DNA from: a virus
IMG/VR virus record: IMGVR_UViG_3300023179_000074
Location: 1-64,000 of that record
Strand: one strand, 5' to 3'
DNA: 64,000 bases
Shown: positions 60,243 to 64,000 of the stretch, in pieces
How the letters are laid out: each line of letters starts with the position of its first letter
Numbering within the stretch: the first letter of the stretch is position 1
Notes under the pieces: model-generated
The model's input: only the letters and a program-made list of their open reading frames with translations
Told to the model about the DNA's origin: nothing
Database searches by the model: none
Made by a program: the position numbers and the translations under genes

Positions 60243-60979
60243 TTAATTAGTTTGCAGTTGTATTTTTCCCAAGGTATTGCAATTCTATAAGGCAATGGGT
60301 CTATAAAACCGGCATCTATGAAGCCTTTTATCCTCAAAGAGCATGCAGTACATTCACCACAAGCGATTTCTTCTCCCTCATAACAAGTCCAGGTCTGGCT
60401 AAAATTAACCCCGAGCTTTACCCCGAGTTTAATGATTTCCGCTTTAGATTTATCAATTAACGGTGCTTGAACTGTAATTCTGTTTCTTCTGTTAAGCGAT
60501 GACACTTTATTAATTTGCTCTAAAAATTCATCACTTCCATCCCAAAAGCCTGCAACGCTATCAGCTTGCGCGGCTCCATGAAAAACAGTGCTAGCTCCGT
60601 AGTTTTCTGCTATTGCGAGGGAAATACTAAGCAGCATTAGGTTCCTATATGGAACGTAGTTAACCGTCTGCGGATCACCCATCACATCTTTAGCCTTAGC
60701 AACTGCAACCTTGTTATTAAGGAGTGAAGAAACCTGACAAATATCTCTAAAAAAAGGTAATTTTAAGTGTAAACTATCAACCGGCATATCAAGCGATTCA
60801 ATTTGAAATGAAGCGCAATTTATTTCTTTATCACGATGCTTCTGCCCGTAATCATAATTAACTGAAATTATTTTATCATACCTACTTGCAGCTAAGTGTA
60901 ACAGTACAGAGCTATCCATTCCCCCAGAGATGGGGACTACTACTTTACTCGACGGGCTCTTCTTCAGTTTGCGCTTCAT
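60239..60979 (-). CDS. queC: QueC-family (7-cyano-7-deazaguanine synthase-like) ATP-dependent enzyme
   Basis: SGGMDS PP-loop, YDYGQKH, VPYRN, APL...K..I..LG, TWTCY...CGEC.AC.LR; the usual YPDC is replaced by FWDG. Confidence 0.85.
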   Translation of the reverse strand: MKRKLKKSPSSKVVVPISGGMDSSVLLHLAASRYDKIISVNYDYGQKHRDKEINCASFQIESLDMPVDSLHLKLPFFRDICQVSSLLNNKVAVAKAKDVMGDPQTVNYVPYRNLMLLSISLAIAENYGASTVFHGAAQADSVAGFWDGSDEFLEQINKVSSLNRRNRITVQAPLIDKSKAEIIKLGVKLGVNFSQTWTCYEGEEIACGECTACSLRIKGFIDAGFIDPLPYRIAIPWEKYNCKLIN

Positions 60980-62066
60980 TTGCGTTATATTTGTATTCCT
61001 CTGCTAAGCGCTTGTCGAGTTCCGGAATAATAAATTCCTCGTAAAAAGCGGGGTCTTTTGCAAAGGTCTTTGCATAACCCAGTTTATCACCTTTCTTATA
61101 CTTACCACTAGTAACACCAACAGTATAGGTAGCTCCGTTTTGCTCAATAATACCTCTTGCAGCTGCCATACCAAGAAGACCACTATACTTGTTAAGACCG
61201 GTTTTAAAGGAAAGATACATTTCAGTCTCTAAAAACGGTGGGAGAAAGCGGTTCTTTACAGTCAATGCGCGAAGAGTTGTACCGCTATACTTATTTGCTT
61301 CAGCGAGCTTTTTATCCTCAACATCCATAGAATCGCCTTCGCCTTCCTTTTCATGGCGCTTAGCAAGCTGTACAAGAATACTCGCCATATATACAGGTCC
61401 AGAGCCTCCAGCTTGGTTTTTTACTAGACTCGGGAACATTGCAGCCGGGTCATCATAGGTGTGGTTAGTAAAAAGAATTGTTACTCCTGCTTTAGCAGCT
61501 TTAAACGTGAGAGTACGAAACATACTCTTTAAAGATTTAGCACGTAAACCCATATCTGCGGCAGATTTATCCTTAGCAACGTCATCAAGCTCTTTTTGCG
61601 AGGCAAGATTACCCAAACTATCAATACTTAAAATAAATTTACCTTTAGCGTTATTTTCAATAATACTATCTAATAAAGCACTAATTTGATTGCGACACTG
61701 ATCTATAGTATCAACTGGTACATATTTTACTGTTTCCGGGTCCAACCCAACGCCTTTAGTGCTATTTTCATCAATGGCAATTTCAGTATCAAATATAACA
61801 GGTGTAAGTCCCTTCTTCTGAGCTGTAGCTAAAATTTTATTAACTATAAATGTTTTACCGGTCTGACTAGGTCCAGAAAAACCTATTATTCTCCCTTTAG
61901 GAACGCCACCATTGCGGCAACTCCCACCGAGTATAGCGTTAAGAGCGTAGCATCCAGTATCAAACCACTCATCAACTTTACTAAGTGCATTTTCTTTTAA
62001 AAAAGTAGCTTCAGAATTTAATTTATCTAAAGACGCAAATATCTTATTAAGATCTTTATTACTCAT
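60945..62066 (-). CDS. uvsX: RecA-like recombinase (UvsX)
   Basis: GPSQTGKT, FDTE, IDSLG, ADMG.RAK, TNHTY, GG.G..Y, VKNRF. Confidence 0.93.
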   Translation of the reverse strand: MSNKDLNKIFASLDKLNSEATFLKENALSKVDEWFDTGCYALNAILGGSCRNGGVPKGRIIGFSGPSQTGKTFIVNKILATAQKKGLTPVIFDTEIAIDENSTKGVGLDPETVKYVPVDTIDQCRNQISALLDSIIENNAKGKFILSIDSLGNLASQKELDDVAKDKSAADMGLRAKSLKSMFRTLTFKAAKAGVTILFTNHTYDDPAAMFPSLVKNQAGGSGPVYMASILVQLAKRHEKEGEGDSMDVEDKKLAEANKYSGTTLRALTVKNRFLPPFLETEMYLSFKTGLNKYSGLLGMAAARGIIEQNGATYTVGVTSGKYKKGDKLGYAKTFAKDPAFYEEFIIPELDKRLAEEYKYNANEAQTEEEPVE

Positions 62067-62100
62067 AAGCTTATTATACGAACTTTGAGAAAAAAATCAA
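62067..62100 (-). promoter_or_regulatory. Sigma70-type promoter, leaderless, before uvsX
   Basis: TTGATT-N16-TATAAT-N6-ATG. Confidence 0.8.
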
Positions 62101-62106
62101 TAAAAA

Positions 62107-62475
62107 TTATTCGTCAAATAGCTTGATAACTTTATCCGATTTAGGAGCAGTTGTTCCTGTTGTAGCTAGAGGAGCAGTAAAAATTTTATTATACTGATCG
62201 ATGAGTCTCGGATCATTATCAATATCAACACCGAGAACAACAGTATCCAAATTAAACTTCCATACTGTACCATCAGTTTTAGCCTTTTCACCAACAAACT
62301 CTCTAAAATAGAGAGGAATGGTTTGCACGTTCAACTGCCCTTGTTGTGTGGGTTGCACGTGAATGATTGCCGGGTTCTTTATAAGAAGAAAATTCTTTTC
62401 AGTCTTAACTTCTTCTCCAAGAATTGTACGGCCAATGTGATCAATAAAGGTAATAATTTTTTGTTTGTCGCTCAT
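62107..62475 (-). CDS. Hypothetical protein (Sm-like beta pattern)
   Basis: G..ILG...LIKNPA.I; own sigma70-type promoter. Confidence 0.6.
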   Translation of the reverse strand: MSDKQKIITFIDHIGRTILGEEVKTEKNFLLIKNPAIIHVQPTQQGQLNVQTIPLYFREFVGEKAKTDGTVWKFNLDTVVLGVDIDNDPRLIDQYNKIFTAPLATTGTTAPKSDKVIKLFDE

Positions 62476-62512
62476 ATGTTTAATTTAAATCATAAATAGA
62501 AAAAATCAACTA

Positions 62513-64000
62513 TTAAACACTTAATAATTCAAATAGATCTGTCTGTACTTGAGATCCAGGTGATTGTAGCTTCCAATTTACTGCTTCGTAAAATCTGTCA
62601 ATAACAGAAAAAATAATTTTTTCAAACATTAATTCATGATCGATTTCAAACGTATCGTTAAATTCTTTAGGAAAATTATATTTGTAGCCGATGGTTGAGA
62701 TTCCATACTTATTAGGTTGTCTTGTATAAAAAAATCGCACTTTGTCACCGGAAGATATTTTTTCATACTTTTTACCAGTATTAAATCTATCTAGTAAAAG
62801 ATTGTAAAAATATGCTGCTTTAACGTGTATAGGCATGTGTTTTGCAGTTTTAAATGAATCACATTGAGATGCATATTTTTCATATCCTTTAACACCCATA
62901 ACAAAAGCAATATCTTCTATAGGGAGGGTTTTAAATAAATCATATGTCTCGTTAAAAACCTTATTTGTTTCTGAGAGATCGCGTGTTAATAACATCGTCT
63001 CAATAATTTTCTTTACATATGGCTTAATAGGCGCTGGCATTGTTGTTCTCACAACTTCAACACCAGTATATTTAAATTTATTGCAAGGTATGCCTTCCTC
63101 ATCAAGTACGTGTAGAACGTATCTTTTTTTCTGTAAAAAAATGCCTGAATCAGAAATTGCTTCTCTCTTAAAATTTAATCTACAATCTTTTGAACCTAGT
63201 GCTTGTTTTCCCCAGATAACAATATTTTCATTTAAAAAGTCCTCAATATCCTGTACAAGCTTATAATATTCAGCTGTTATTTTACCCTTCTTATCAAGCA
63301 TAGAAATATTATTGCTTTTAACTATGTGTCTGAGCGAAATGTACGAGCTATCTGTATCATTATAAATAATAGGAGTATCATTAATGATTTCTTCCTTTGT
63401 GAGGTTAGAGTGTTTGCTTACATATTCTTCTAGGAGTCTATTTGATTCTTTAATTACAGCTTGACCGGTTAAAGTAATTGATTCAGCGAGTTCATCATCG
63501 CCAAGAGGACTATGCTTGTTGCCAAAATACCCATAAATCGTATTAATAAGAATCTTAATGGTATGTTGTGTGATATTAAGGTTATCAATCTCATGCTTAA
63601 GTAAAGCATATTCTTTATCTTCTTTAGAAATATTAACAGCTTTTCTCTTTAGAGAAGATAATCTCTTTTTAATTTCAACACGTTTTTTATAATAGTAATC
63701 TACAGTAATTGGAATGATTCCTTTTTCTTTTTGAGTAAAAAGCACCTTTGCCTTAGATATGGCAATTTCTTCTTTCTTGATAAACTCAACAAAATTTTTA
63801 AGAGATAAAGTAAACGTTTGCCCGTTAACGTGTTTAATTGTTACGTCTTTATCAGTCTTATCAACTATAGAACCTATCTTTGTCTCCGGAGATAAATTAA
63901 GAGTTATCATTACATTTGGATATAGACTATTAGCATCAAAAGAAACGATATACTCTTGAAACCCTCGCTTGGGCTCCCCTACATATGCACCAGCATTTTG
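62513..64000 (-). CDS. gp43: Family B DNA polymerase (gp43-like), 5'-truncated by the window edge
   Basis: Frame open to 64000: GAYV..P, SFDANSLYP, KILINTIYG, YNDTDS, KKRY, G.EVVR. Confidence 0.96.
   Translation of the reverse strand, partial: QNAGAYVGEPKRGFQEYIVSFDANSLYPNVMITLNLSPETKIGSIVDKTDKDVTIKHVNGQTFTLSLKNFVEFIKKEEIAISKAKVLFTQKEKGIIPITVDYYYKKRVEIKKRLSSLKRKAVNISKEDKEYALLKHEIDNLNITQHTIKILINTIYGYFGNKHSPLGDDELAESITLTGQAVIKESNRLLEEYVSKHSNLTKEEIINDTPIIYNDTDSSYISLRHIVKSNNISMLDKKGKITAEYYKLVQDIEDFLNENIVIWGKQALGSKDCRLNFKREAISDSGIFLQKKRYVLHVLDEEGIPCNKFKYTGVEVVRTTMPAPIKPYVKKIIETMLLTRDLSETNKVFNETYDLFKTLPIEDIAFVMGVKGYEKYASQCDSFKTAKHMPIHVKAAYFYNLLLDRFNTGKKYEKISSGDKVRFFYTRQPNKYGISTIGYKYNFPKEFNDTFEIDHELMFEKIIFSVIDRFYEAVNWKLQSPGSQVQTDLFELLSV

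Noticed and set aside
5659-63959. Other short ORFs antisense to or nested in long genes (e.g. 5659, 7205, 7738, 14158, 14378, 15705, 27041, 37075, 41618, 45052, 46395, 47189, 61189, 63081)
   Set aside because: Fully overlap well-supported genes and have no recognisable motifs or promoter
1-64000. Alternative genetic code (stop-codon recoding)
   Set aside because: Core genes are full length under code 11, and TAA, TAG and TGA all end genes at sensible positions
44345-64000. Inteins, introns or homing endonucleases in terminase, helicase, UvsX or polymerase
   Set aside because: Protein lengths are normal and no splicing or LAGLIDADG/HNH/GIY-YIG motifs were seen
1-64000. tRNA or other structured RNA genes
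   Set aside because: Intergenic gaps are nearly all under 70 nt and AT-rich; no cloverleaf or T-loop signature seen, though tRNAscan/Infernal was not run

Overview
AT-rich (roughly 30% GC by eye), densely coding 64 kb segment of a large T4-like myophage using the standard genetic code. Left part (1-28.6 kb, minus strand): baseplate and tail-appendage genes, including four proteins with long mucin-like Thr/Pro/Ser (TPTI/TPSI) stalks carrying lectin-like or repeated small head domains. Among them sits an eight-gene glycosylation cluster: a GT60 polypeptide-GlcNAc-transferase-like enzyme, GT10, a PLOD-type GT, a GT6/8-like GT, an HtrL-GT fusion and three SAM methyltransferases. Middle (28-48 kb): gp6, gp25, clamp loader, dUTPase, baseplate hub genes, tail tube, tail sheath, gp3, terminase and neck protein. 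Right (50-64 kb): primase, an NRS/ER-type rhamnose enzyme, sliding clamp, gp32, ribosomal protein bS21, helicase, a GT/GATase/QueC-like module, UvsX and a truncated family-B polymerase. The best candidate for an undescribed system is phage-encoded mucin-type O-glycosylation of the phage's own virion appendages. Other notable signals: most transcription units appear leaderless (TAAATA-N5/6-start late; TTGAnn-N16-TATAAT-N6-ATG early/middle); the one clear Shine-Dalgarno site drives an ATT-initiated glutamine amidotransferase missed by the ORF track; a baseplate gene is split by a -1 frame change; a late gene has a nested in-frame isoform; and CCGG is over-represented. All product calls come from motif recognition, not database searches.
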